Below are positions 30,199 to 40,300 of a stretch of 64,000 bases of DNA, piece after piece. The DNA is from Candidatus Latescibacterota bacterium (GTDB lineage: Bacteria > Latescibacterota > UBA2968 > UBA8231): positions 3,200,001-3,264,000 of the forward strand of contig OZ220089.1 of assembly GCA_964291625.2 (NCBI GenBank). Reading direction: 5' to 3'. The translations under genes and the position numbers were made by a program. The notes under the pieces were generated by a model that worked only from the letters and a program-made list of their open reading frames with translations, did no database searches and was not told the origin of the DNA. Each line of letters opens with the position of its first letter. Within the stretch, counting starts at the first letter, position 1.

Positions 30199-30876
30199 TC
30201 AGGGCCGCTTGACGGCCCTCACCACCGCCTGGGGCACCGCCCGCCACAGGCAGACCGCGTCGAAGCCGGCCCCCTCCAGGGCGGCGAGCTCCTCCTCCAG
30301 CGGGAAGTAGGTGTCCTCGCCCGACCACTCCTCGAAGTGGCGCCAGGCCTGCTGCTCCTCGATACCGCAGGAGACGAGGTGGGCGGCCCAGCTCTCGTAG
30401 TCGGCCCGGCGGGCGGCGGGGTCGGCGGGCATGGTGGCGTCGGCGTTGATGAAGACGCCGCCGGGGGCCAGGGCCGCGTGGATGGCGGCGAAGATCTCCC
30501 GCTTCCCGGCAAGGGTCGGCACGTGGTGCAGGGCGAGGGAGGCGACCGCCGCGTCGCAGGAGGGCAACGGCCCCTCGAAGGGGCGCACCGAGTAGGTCAC
30601 CCGTGAAGCGAAGGCGGCGAGCCGCTCCCGGGCCTGGTCGAGCATCTCGGCGTCGGCGTCGATGAGCTCCACCGAGGCCCCCTCGCATCGCCGCAGGACG
30701 GTCTCGGCCAGGGCGCCGGTGCCGGCGCCGAGGTCGACCACCCTCCGGGGCCGGGCCTCGGACACGGCCCGGGCGGCTCTCTCCAGCATCTCTTCGTACG
30801 AGGGGATGAAGGCGCGGATCGTGCGGTCGTAGGCCTCGATCTCGACGCGCAGGTGGCGCCGCACGGAATGGCTCAT
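30199..30876 (-). CDS. Class I SAM-dependent methyltransferase
   Basis: VDLGAGTG, SLALHH, LAPGGVFINAD. Confidence 0.9.
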   Translation of the reverse strand: MSHSVRRHLRVEIEAYDRTIRAFIPSYEEMLERAARAVSEARPRRVVDLGAGTGALAETVLRRCEGASVELIDADAEMLDQARERLAAFASRVTYSVRPFEGPLPSCDAAVASLALHHVPTLAGKREIFAAIHAALAPGGVFINADATMPADPAARRADYESWAAHLVSCGIEEQQAWRHFEEWSGEDTYFPLEEELAALEGAGFDAVCLWRAVPQAVVRAVKRP

Positions 30877-31044
30877 CTACCTGTCCGGGGATGGCGGGGA
30901 CCGCTCTCGGCCCGACGAGTATATTCCCCCTTTGCCTCTGCCGACAGGGAGGGGGAGGCTCCAACTCCTGAAGCTGCAGGGCGCCCGGAGGCCGCTTCAC
31001 CTTCTCCGGGAAGGGCGCTCCGCCAGTCTCGAAGGAGATCCATC

Positions 31045-31665
31045 GTGCGACGACTGAATCACCGCGTTTCCCGGCTCACCGCCGTCGCCCTGCTGGCCGG
31101 CGCCACCGGCGCGGCGGCCGATTCCCCCCAGGGGCCCCTGGCCGAACGGGGAACCTGGGCCCTGGGCTTTGACCTGCGCTCGAGCGAGGGCAGCAGCTTC
31201 AGCCTGTGGCGGGTCCGTTCCCCGAAGACCGCCCTGGGCCTGGAAGCAAGCCTCTACTGGAGGCTGATTGAGAGCGACTACGAGAGTCCGGGCCGGAGCG
31301 ATCGCCGCTACCAGCGGCTGTGCCTGGAGTTCCGCCCCACATTGAAGCGCTATCGACCCCTGCGCGACGGGATCGCTGCCTATGTCTACGGGCAGGGCCT
31401 CGCCGGCTTTTGGGGCATGAAGAGAGATCGGGACGACTCTGTATCCATGATCGATCTGGGGGTCGGGCTTGGTCTGGGCGTCGACTGGTTTCCTCTGCAG
31501 CGCATCAGCGTCGGCGGCCGGACCGGGCTGTCCATGAGCTACGGATTCGGCGAGTCCAGCCGATCTTCCAGTCTCCCCGGCGAGGTGGATACGTACCTGT
31601 CCACCGATCGGGCCCTGTACCTCAGGGCCTTCGTGTCCAAGGTGACCGCCCTCGTCTACTTCTAG
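31045..31665 (+). CDS. Secreted small outer-membrane beta-barrel-like protein
   Basis: Signal peptide, amphipathic strands (GVGLGLGVDWFP..RISVGG), terminal YF; AGGAG RBS before GTG 31045. Confidence 0.6.
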   Translation: MRRLNHRVSRLTAVALLAGATGAAADSPQGPLAERGTWALGFDLRSSEGSSFSLWRVRSPKTALGLEASLYWRLIESDYESPGRSDRRYQRLCLEFRPTLKRYRPLRDGIAAYVYGQGLAGFWGMKRDRDDSVSMIDLGVGLGLGVDWFPLQRISVGGRTGLSMSYGFGESSRSSSLPGEVDTYLSTDRALYLRAFVSKVTALVYF

Positions 31666-31673
31666 GAGGAATC

Positions 31674-32057
31674 ATGCCCAAGATCGTGCACTTCGAGCTG
31701 CCCTTCGACGACGCCGAGCGCGCCAACCGGTTCTACGCCGAGGTCTTCGGCTGGGAGTCCCACAAGTGGGAGGGGCCCCACGAGTACTACCTGCAGCAGA
31801 CCGGTGCGGAGGGCGAGCCAGGGATCCACGGGGCCCTGGCGCCCCGGGAGAGAATGGCGAGCGGCGGCGGCACCCACATCGTCATCGGCGTGGACGACCT
31901 CGACGCCTACGTGGCCAAGGTCACCGCCGCCGGCTGCGACATCGTCACCCCGCGGACCCCCATCCCCGGGGTGGGCTGGTTCGCCGACTTCCGCGACACC
32001 GAGGGCAACGTGATGGGCCTGTTCCAGAGGGACGACGGTGCCGCGTCCCCGGAGTAG
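31674..32057 (+). CDS. VOC/glyoxalase family protein
   Basis: IVHFELPFDDAERANRFYAEVFGW...IPGVGWFADFRDTEGN; AGGAGG RBS. Confidence 0.92.
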   Translation: MPKIVHFELPFDDAERANRFYAEVFGWESHKWEGPHEYYLQQTGAEGEPGIHGALAPRERMASGGGTHIVIGVDDLDAYVAKVTAAGCDIVTPRTPIPGVGWFADFRDTEGNVMGLFQRDDGAASPE

Positions 32058-32085
32058 ATCACGAATTCCCGGTCGCGCCGGGCCT

Positions 32086-32142
32086 GTCCGAGAAACCGGA
32101 CGAGTCCGGCCTGCGAGGGACTGGTTGTCCAGGAAACTGGAA
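32086..32142. promoter_or_regulatory. Two similar 16-bp palindromes, candidate enhancer (UAS) sites
   Basis: GTCCG-agaaac-CGGAC (32086-32101) and GTCCAG-gaaa-CTGGAA (32127-32142), 41 bp apart. Confidence 0.45.
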
Positions 32143-32204
32143 GGATGGTCGATCGAGCAGCCGCGGGGGTCAGTCGAGAGATGATGCGCGGTGCGAAAAC
32201 CTGA

Positions 32205-32220
32205 AGGCACACTTCTTGCG
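32205..32220 (+). promoter_or_regulatory. Sigma54 (-24/-12) promoter candidate
   Basis: aGGCACActtcTTGCg: GG-N10-GC with CAC and TT conserved, about 90 bp upstream of the VIT-VWA gene. Confidence 0.55.
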
Positions 32221-32311
32221 TTCCCTTCCCAGGTAGGTATCGGGGCCATGCCCGCCCGCCGCATGCGGCACGGTCACAGCGGCCGTCTCCGCGACTGCCT
32301 GGAGGAACACC

Positions 32312-34744
32312 ATGTTGATCCGCATTCTCTGCCTGCTGTTGCCCGCGTTGTTCATCTCCCACAGCTCGGGGGACGAGTTCCCCGAGCCGGAGCAGACCCT
32401 CTCCCCCTTCTTCTTCGTCCAGACCGACGATCCGGAGCTGGACCCGCTGCCGATGAAGTCGATCTCGGCCGAGGTCAAGATCGCGGGGGTCATCGCCGAC
32501 GTGGTGATCCGCCAGGAGTACGCCAACGAAGGCGGCAAGCCGCTGGAGGCGACCTACGTCTTCCCCGCCTCGACCCAGGCGGCCGTGTACGGGATGGAGA
32601 TGACCATCGGCGAGCGGGTCGTCACCGCCGAGATCCGGGAGCGGGAGGAGGCGCGGCAGGAGTACGAAGATGCGATCGAAGCGGGCTACACGGCCTCGCT
32701 GTTGGAGCAGCAGCGGCCCAACGTCTTCCAGATGACGGTGGGCAACATCCTGCCCGGCGACCGCATTCTCGTGGAGCTGAGGTACACGGAAACCCTCGTG
32801 CCCACGGAGGGTGAGTACGAGTTCGTCTATCCCACGGTCGTGGGGCCGCGGTACTCCGAGATCCCCCTGGCCGAGGCCGACCACAGGGACCTGTTCGTGG
32901 CGACGCCGTACACACACGAGGGGAAGCCGGCGATCTACGGTTTCGACATCGACGTGGAGCTGCGGACGGGCGTGCCGATCCAGTCCCTCTCCTCGATCTC
33001 CCACGACATCGAGGTCACCTATCCCGAGCCCAACCGGGCCCGGGTGGCGCTGGCCGATCCGGGCGGGACCGGCGGCAACCGGGACTACATCCTGCGCTAC
33101 CGGCTGGCGGGCGACCAGATCGAGTCGGGCCTGCTGCTCTACGAAGGGGAGGGCGAGGAGGAGAGCTTCTTCCTCTTCATGGGTCAGCCGCCCGAGCGCG
33201 TCCTCGAGGACGAGATCCCCCCGAGGGAGTACATCTTCGTCGTCGACGTCTCCGGCTCGATGCACGGCTATCCACTGGATGTGTCGAAGGCGCTGCTGAG
33301 AGACCTGATCGAGCCGCTCCGCCCCACCGATCACTTCAACGTGCTGCTCTTCGCCTACGGTTCCAGCGTGCTCTCCCCGGAGTCCCTCCCCGCGTCGAGC
33401 GAGAACGTGGAGCGGGCTCTCGAAGTCATCGATGGCCAGCAGGGCGGGGGCGGGACCCGGCTCGCGCAGGCCCTCCGTCGCGCCATCGATCTGCCCCGGA
33501 CAAGCGAGACGACATCCCGTTCCATCGTGATCGCCACCGACGGGTACATCACGGTGGAGGCGGAGGTCTTCGACCTGATCCGGAAAAACCTCGGCGATGC
33601 CAACGTCTTCGCCTTCGGCATCGGCACCGGCGTCAACCGCTTCCTCATCGAGGGCATGGCGCGCATCGGTTCGGGCGAACCCTTCGTCGTCACCGAGGAG
33701 GCCGAGGCGGAGGAGACCGCGGACCGGTTCCGCGAGTACATCCGCACGCCGGTCCTCTCGGGGACGACCTTCACCGCCGATGGATTCGAGATCTACGAGG
33801 TGGAGCCGCTCTCCATTCCGGACCTGCTGGCGGAGCGGCCGGTCCTGGTCTACGGGAAGTGGCGGGGCGATCGCCGGGGAACGGTGTCGTTGCGAGGGCA
33901 TACGGGACAGGGTGAGTACGGCGTCGACATCGACGTCTCCGAGGTGACGCCCGACGAGTCCAACGCGGCCCTGCGCTATCTCTGGGCCCGCCGGCTCATC
34001 GCCACCCTGGGCGACTACGCGGGGTTGGGGTTCGAGGATGAGACCCGGGTGAAGAGCCACATCCTGGAGCTGGGTCTGACCTACAACCTGCTCACCGCCT
34101 ACACCTCCTTCGTCGCCGTCGACCGGGTGGTGCGCAACGACGGCACCGAGGTGGTCAGCGTGGGCCAGCCTCTGCCCCTGCCCCAGGGGGTATCCGACGA
34201 GGCGGTGGGCGGCGGTGGTGGCTACGCCACCACCGGGATCGAGGAAGTGCTCGCCACCGCCTCCTGGTTCGACAGAGACTTCCACCTGAGCGATGGCGTG
34301 TGGATCGACTCCGAGTACACCCCCGGCGATCCGGTGATGGAGCACGCCACCGCCCTCGCCGCGCCGGATGAGCTCGAGAGGTTCGCCTCCCTCCAGAAGG
34401 AGATGATCGTGGTCGCCGAGGGACAGGCCTGGCGGCTGCGGGGTCCGGCCCTGCCGCAGACGGCGGTGCTGCACCAGAACACGCCGAACCCCTTCAACGC
34501 GGAGACCAGCATCCGCATCACCATCGCCGGCGGACACGGTCCGCAGCCGGTGCGCCTGGAGATCTACGACTTGACCGGGCGGCGGGTGCTCGTCGAGGCG
34601 TGGGAAGGCCTCGCCCCCGGGGACCACGTATACTCATGGGACGGCACCGACGACGAGGGCCGCGCCGTGGGAACGGGCGTCTACCTGTATCGCCTGGTCC
34701 AGCCCGGCCACGCGGCGATGCGCAAGATGATGCTGATGAAGTAG
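32312..34744 (+). CDS. Secreted VIT + VWA protein with C-terminal FlgD-Ig/T9SS-A-like domain
   Basis: Signal peptide; LEATYVFP (VIT); FVVDVSGSM MIDAS, ATDG, FAFGIG; YTSFVAVD; LHQNTPNPFNAET...WDGTDDEGRAVGTGVYLYRL. Confidence 0.9.
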   Translation: MLIRILCLLLPALFISHSSGDEFPEPEQTLSPFFFVQTDDPELDPLPMKSISAEVKIAGVIADVVIRQEYANEGGKPLEATYVFPASTQAAVYGMEMTIGERVVTAEIREREEARQEYEDAIEAGYTASLLEQQRPNVFQMTVGNILPGDRILVELRYTETLVPTEGEYEFVYPTVVGPRYSEIPLAEADHRDLFVATPYTHEGKPAIYGFDIDVELRTGVPIQSLSSISHDIEVTYPEPNRARVALADPGGTGGNRDYILRYRLAGDQIESGLLLYEGEGEEESFFLFMGQPPERVLEDEIPPREYIFVVDVSGSMHGYPLDVSKALLRDLIEPLRPTDHFNVLLFAYGSSVLSPESLPASSENVERALEVIDGQQGGGGTRLAQALRRAIDLPRTSETTSRSIVIATDGYITVEAEVFDLIRKNLGDANVFAFGIGTGVNRFLIEGMARIGSGEPFVVTEEAEAEETADRFREYIRTPVLSGTTFTADGFEIYEVEPLSIPDLLAERPVLVYGKWRGDRRGTVSLRGHTGQGEYGVDIDVSEVTPDESNAALRYLWARRLIATLGDYAGLGFEDETRVKSHILELGLTYNLLTAYTSFVAVDRVVRNDGTEVVSVGQPLPLPQGVSDEAVGGGGGYATTGIEEVLATASWFDRDFHLSDGVWIDSEYTPGDPVMEHATALAAPDELERFASLQKEMIVVAEGQAWRLRGPALPQTAVLHQNTPNPFNAETSIRITIAGGHGPQPVRLEIYDLTGRRVLVEAWEGLAPGDHVYSWDGTDDEGRAVGTGVYLYRLVQPGHAAMRKMMLMK

Positions 34745-34756
34745 AAGAGGAGATCC

Positions 34757-35137
34757 ATGGAACGGCGGAACATATCGAGCCACAACCCCTTCGAGGAGGA
34801 GTTCGGCTATTCGCGGGCCGTGCGGGTCGGCGACCACGTCCACGTGGCCGGCACCTGCGCCCGCCCGCCCCACGACGAGGGAGGCACCTACGAGCAGTCG
34901 GCGGCCGTCCTCGACATCATCGCCGCGGCCCTGACCGAGGCGGGGGCGAGTCTGAAGGATGTGGTGCGGACCGTGGTCTACGTGACCGACATCTCGGACA
35001 TGAAGGAGGTGGCCCGCGCCCACAACGAGCGCTTCGCCGGCGTCAAGCCGGCGTCGACGCTGGTGCAGGTGGCGGCCCTGGGGAGGCCCCAGCTCCGGGT
35101 CGAGATCGAGGCCTACGCCATCCTGACGGAGGGCTGA
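34757..35137 (+). CDS. RidA family protein
   Basis: GYSRAVRVG..VHVAGT, DVVRT, PASTLVQV, VEIEA. Confidence 0.92.
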   Translation: MERRNISSHNPFEEEFGYSRAVRVGDHVHVAGTCARPPHDEGGTYEQSAAVLDIIAAALTEAGASLKDVVRTVVYVTDISDMKEVARAHNERFAGVKPASTLVQVAALGRPQLRVEIEAYAILTEG

Positions 35138-35144
35138 CCCGCCC

Positions 35145-35597
35145 TCAGTCGTGGGCGCAGTAGAAGTCCTTCAGGTCGACGCCGTGCTCGAGACGGGCCT
35201 TGAGGCTGGCGAAGAAGTGGGTCCAGCCGGAGCACTGCTCGAAGGCGCTGGCGATCCCCTCGCCGTCGGACCGCCAGCCGGACTCGCTCACGAGGACCTT
35301 CGTGCCGTCACCCCTCGGCTCGAAGGTGAATGCGAACCGCGTCCGATAGCCGACGTCGTTGCAGGCGGGCCAGTTGCAGACGATCCGCTCGCCGGGGACC
35401 ACCTCCTCGACGTGGACGTCGATCTCGAGATCCCCGAACCGCCAGAGGACGGTCCGTCCTGCTTCCAGGGAGGCGCTCGAGGCGTCGGTGAAGTAGGTGC
35501 TGATCGCCGCCTTGTCCGTGATCGCCGCGAAGACCTCGTCCACCGCCGCGTCGATGACGCAGCAGAACTCGAAACCCAGCTCCCGCCTGTCTTCCAT
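35145..35597 (-). CDS. SRPBCC/AHSA1 domain protein
   Basis: IDAAVDEVFAAI...EVVPGERIV..W...GWTHFFASLKARLEHG; ATG at 35597. Confidence 0.85.
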   Translation of the reverse strand: MEDRRELGFEFCCVIDAAVDEVFAAITDKAAISTYFTDASSASLEAGRTVLWRFGDLEIDVHVEEVVPGERIVCNWPACNDVGYRTRFAFTFEPRGDGTKVLVSESGWRSDGEGIASAFEQCSGWTHFFASLKARLEHGVDLKDFYCAHD

Positions 35598-35647
35598 CGA
35601 AACCCCCAGTCCCACGTGTTGACCCGTCCTGCCTCGAGCGCGGGCGG

Positions 35648-37303
35648 CTATGCACCTTCGTCCGGGGCCAGCAGCAGGACCTCGCAGCTCTCCAGGCGCG
35701 GCCACGGCGAGGGCGTCCGGCTGCCGTCGAGGATGACGAGCACGGTGTTGATCCCCTGACGCAGGGGCGGACCGTCGAAGACCCTCCAGCGCCGGCCGCG
35801 GCGATTCTCCACGATGCGGTCCGCCGCCGGGTCCAGGCGCCTGCCGTTGACGGTCAGCTGCAGTCGGTCCTCCGCTCCCTCGCAGTCCTCCAGGCACAGA
35901 CGCAGCTCGCACCGGGCGATCCGCCCCTCGGCGAGTCCCGCCTCGATGTCGTCGTCGACGCGGATCCGCAGGGCGTGCTCGGGCCCGGCGCCGCGGCCGG
36001 CGAGGGCCAGCTTGCGAGGCAGCTGCGGCCGGTGGTCGGGGCCGGCCGCCGCCGGCAGGTAGTAGCAGCGGTTGCGCCGCTCCAGGACCGCGGGATCGCG
36101 CAGCTCGGCCACCATGCGCAGGTGGTAGTCGTCGAAGTCGTTGAAGTCGCCGCTGGCGGCCGGCGCGGCGCGGTGGGAGGGGTAGCCGAAGTTGAAGAGG
36201 TGGACGCCGGCGGCGCCGTCCCGGTAGCCGTTGAGGGCCGTGGCCCGCAGCACGCTGGCGGGGCTCTCCTCGTAGCCCTCCTGGGGCGAGACCGTGTAGG
36301 TCTTGGTGTCGAAGCCGGTGTAGACCGCCACGCCGCTATCCTTGCCAAGGGCCGCCGCCGGAGCGACGTCGATCTCGTGCACGCAGTAGCCCGGTGAACC
36401 GAGGACCACCGCGTCGGCCAGCCCCTCACGGATCCAGGTCTCCACGTCCAGCCCCTCTTCGAGAGACTCGCCGAGCCCGGCGGGCACCCGCGCGATCAGG
36501 CGCAGGTCCCGGCCCGTCCCGGCGCCGCGGCGGTCCACGAGCTGCCGGGCCTGCTCCATGAAGCGGGTCATGACCGGGATGTTGGCGAACTTCTCGCCGC
36601 CGCGGAAGAAGGGCGGCGCCCGGCTGAAGTCGAGCTCCAGACCGTCGAAGTCGTAGCGCTCCAGGGTCTCGTCGAAGAGCCCGAGGAAGCGCTCCCTCAC
36701 CTCCGCCTCGGCGTAGTTCCACACCCACGAGAAGGACCAGTCGGCGCCGTGGCGGCAGCCGAAGGGCACGGGCGAGCCGATGAGCAGGCGGCGGCGGTCC
36801 TGCTTCTGCCGCGAGCGTCCGTACCAGCCCCGGGCCTCGTCGCAGGCGTGGGCGTCGTTCATGCGGAAGCCGGCGAAGACCGGCAGGCCGCTGCGCCGGG
36901 CGCCGTCGATGTAGATCTGCATCAGCTCGTGGCCGTCGGCGATCACCTGGCCGAGGAGCAGGTGCAGGAACTCGTGGGCGTCGGCCGGCCGGCGCCCCCC
37001 GACCTGCTTGATGGGCCGGCCGTGGATGTGGGGCGCCTGGTCCTGCTTCAGCGGATGGCCGTGGATGTCCCGGGGGACCGGGTCCGGCTGCCACTCGGTG
37101 ATGTGGTCGCCGAAGAGCTGCGCGTGCGGGCTGCCCCGCCAGGAGATGTCGTCGTCGATGCCGGCCAGCACGGAGAGGGCATCGACCCCGGCCTCGGCGA
37201 GGACGGGTATCAGCCGGACGATGTCGTTGGGGTCCCGGCGGTCCTGATAGTTGATGATCCAGTGGCCGTCGGTGTTGTGGATGACGCGGGGAGGCCAGCT
37301 CAT
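35648..37303 (-). CDS. GHL10/DUF187-like TIM-barrel glycoside hydrolase-like protein
   Basis: IHNTDG, FRMNDAH, WNYAEAEVR, RYDFDGLELDF.R, GLDVETWIREGL, GVHLFNF. Confidence 0.75.
   Translation of the reverse strand: MSWPPRVIHNTDGHWIINYQDRRDPNDIVRLIPVLAEAGVDALSVLAGIDDDISWRGSPHAQLFGDHITEWQPDPVPRDIHGHPLKQDQAPHIHGRPIKQVGGRRPADAHEFLHLLLGQVIADGHELMQIYIDGARRSGLPVFAGFRMNDAHACDEARGWYGRSRQKQDRRRLLIGSPVPFGCRHGADWSFSWVWNYAEAEVRERFLGLFDETLERYDFDGLELDFSRAPPFFRGGEKFANIPVMTRFMEQARQLVDRRGAGTGRDLRLIARVPAGLGESLEEGLDVETWIREGLADAVVLGSPGYCVHEIDVAPAAALGKDSGVAVYTGFDTKTYTVSPQEGYEESPASVLRATALNGYRDGAAGVHLFNFGYPSHRAAPAASGDFNDFDDYHLRMVAELRDPAVLERRNRCYYLPAAAGPDHRPQLPRKLALAGRGAGPEHALRIRVDDDIEAGLAEGRIARCELRLCLEDCEGAEDRLQLTVNGRRLDPAADRIVENRRGRRWRVFDGPPLRQGINTVLVILDGSRTPSPWPRLESCEVLLLAPDEGA
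36719..36906. repeat. Direct repeat R1, copy 1 (inside the GH-like gene)
   Basis: Matches 62201..62388 with 11 substitutions counted by hand over 188 bp. Confidence 0.95.
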
Positions 37304-40300
37304 GACTTGGGCCGCTGCAATCCATGGGAGCGCATGCGGGAACGGAGGCGTTCCGGATTCATCCCCAACAGCCTGGCCGCACCGTGCTCTCCGTAGATCC
37401 TCCCCTTTGTCGCCCGGAGGGCGTCCATGATCTGCTGCTTCTCGCTCCGTTCATCCGGCAGCGACACATGGCAGACCTCCAGGACCGGGCCTTCGCACAG
37501 CATCAGGCCCCGCCGTATCAGGTGCTCGAGCTCGCGGACGTTCCCCGGCCAGGAGTACTTCCGCAAGTAGGTCAGGGTCTCCTGGCTCAGTGTGGGTACC
37601 GGGCGCCGCAGCTGCCGGGCGAATTCAGCGGCAAAGTGCTCTGCCAGGCCCGGGATCTCCTCGCGGCGGTCTCGCAGAGGCGGCAGCACCACCGGGAAGG
37701 TGTTCAGGCGGTAGTAGAGTGGAGCCCGGAAGGCCTCTTCCTTGACCATTTCCCCCAGATCCCGGTCCGTTGCGGCAATCACCCGGACGTCCACCGGAAC
37801 GGACTCCACTCCTCCCACCCGTCTCAGCAGGCCATCGTCCAGGATGTGGAGCAGGGCCTGTTGCCCGGCGGGTGGCAGATCGGCGACCTCATCCAGGAAC
37901 AAGGTCCCTTCATGGGCCTGCTCCATGAGGCCGATCGTTCGCCTCTCCCCGCCCGGGACTGCTCCCGGTTCATGCCCGAACAGTTCACTCTCGACCCGCG
38001 AGGCGGTCAGGGACCCGCAATTGACGTGGACGAAGGCGTGTTGCCTGCGCGGGCTCAGGTCATGGACTTCACGGGCCACGAGACCCTTGCCCGTACCTGT
38101 CTCTCCATGCAACAGCAAGGTCATGTCGGTCGCCGCCACCCGCCGGAGCCGCTCCAGGATCCGCGCTATGGTCGCACTGTGGCCTGGAACCGAATCCACC
38201 CGGCTCTCGTCGGTTGCGCCCGGGACGATCCGAACCTGCAACAGCGCTGACTCGGACACGTTGCCTTCCGGGTCCCGGACCCGCACCTCGAAACGATACT
38301 CGCCGATGGACAGGTCCTGGTACGACACCCGGTTCTTCGGCGTGAACTCACTCCACTCCGCCTTCGAACCGTTGCCCACGAGACGGTGGCTGTAGAGCAA
38401 CGGATCCTCATCGATCCTGAATCGGATACCCTGAAAGTGAATCACCACTTCAGCCGTACCCCGCGGAAATGAGACGGATTCAGGCGCCTCCAGAAGCCGG
38501 CCCTCCACGAGTTGGCGTATAACGAGGCCAGGGGAGACATGGTGAGGCTGGTACGAGATGAGGCCTGCCCCGGTCCCAAACCAGAGCCGGCCCAGGCGAT
38601 CGCAGAGAATCGCGTGGACCGCCCCGCTCTCCAGCGGACCCTCGCCTGGGCGAAGACGACGGAAGGCCTGGCCATCGTAGCTCGAGACCCCACCGCCATC
38701 GGTTCCGATCCACAGCCGCCCCTGCCGGTCGGTGGTCAGCGACAGGATGCGGTTGGCTGACAGGCCCTGAGCCATGGTGAACCTGCGCACCTCCCGGGAG
38801 CGCGGGTCAACGGAGAAAAGCCCGGCGGTGGTCCCCAGCCAGAGCATTCCCGAGTGCTCGCACAGGGCGTTCACCCCGGGAATCGCTTCCAGCCCGGCGA
38901 AGTCAGCCGCACGGAGACGATCGGCACCGTCCGTGTAGTACAGGGCCGGACTCCCCAGGCCCGAACCGATCCAGAAGACGCCGCCGCTATCCTCCATGAT
39001 CGCCCTGCACGCATAGGGCAACCGATCCTCCAGAGCGACGAACCGTTCTTCCTCGAAGTGTCCGAGGAGCCCATGTGAAGTGCCGACCCACAGACGCCCT
39101 GTCCGGTCCGCGCACAGCCCTGTAACGATCTCGTGATCGTCCCCTGCGAGTTCGGCGACCACCCGGGATTCCGAGCTCGCCCCCTTGGATACCTTGCCTG
39201 CCGCGTCGCCGACCCAGAGCGTTCCCTGCCGGTCCACCTCCATTGCGAAGACCGCAGGCCCCGTCGTCATCGGGCGGATCCTGTCCTCTTCATGGCAGGC
39301 GATCCCCTTGCTGGTGCCGATCCAGACCCGGCCTCGGCGGTCCTCGACCAGGGATCTGACAAGGTTGCCGGGGAGGCCGTCAACCTCCGTGTACCTCCTG
39401 ACGCCGGACCTGGCGACAAAGAGCAGGCCGCCGCCCCAGGACCCGATCCAGATGTTCTTCTCGTGGTCCTCGTACGTCAGACGGGTACTCCTGAAATCCA
39501 TCTCCGGGAAGGCGTCCGAGAACGGATACCAGGTCTGCCCGTCATGCACCAGCACCCCCCGGCGGGCCATCCACAGCCAGCCCCTGTCGTCCACGCGGAC
39601 ATGCCGTATTCCCGGCCTCACGATCTCTGCCGCCTCGGGGGCGCTCACATCGACGAAGTCGAGGTGCCGGCTCCGCGGATCGTAACGGCCCACAACGGCT
39701 TCCTCGTTCCTCTGAGGAGCGATCCACAGACGGCCGGAAGTGTCCTGGGCCAGCTTCCAGGCCCATTTGTGGGCACCGCCCTGGCCGAAGAGGGGGCTCA
39801 TGCAGCGGCCATCCAGGCTGATGATCCCCCGGGTCCGCGTGGCCAGCCAGGTCGTGCCCGTGGAGTCGGTCACCAGGTCGTGCACCCGCCCTATGGGCCG
39901 GCCCCCGATTTCGGTGGTGGACTCCACGCACCGGCCGCCGGCGAACCGGCAGACTCCGGCCCCCGAAAGCACCTGCAATGAGCCATCGGGCTGCGGCTGC
40001 AGGCCCAGGATTTCGTTGGACGGCAGGCCGTGCTCCGTGGTGTACACCCGGAACCCCCGGCCGTCGAAGGCGGCCAGTCCCCCGCCGAGCGTACCGAACC
40101 ACAGCTGCCCGCCCGCGTCTTCGGCGATGGTCATCACCGTGAGAGAGGGAAGGCCGTCGGACAGTCCGAAGTTCTCGAAGACTTCTCCGTCGAACCGGCT
40201 CACCCCGCCGTCGGCGGTGGCGACCCAGAGCAGACCGCGTCCGTCCTGGAAGAGATCCTCAACCAGCATCCCGGCCAGCCCGTCCTGGAGGGTGAACTGG

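Noticed and set aside
32266-32280. Second GG-N10-GC motif (cGGCACGgtcacaGC)
   Set aside because: Lacks the TT before GC; the 32205-32220 site fits better.
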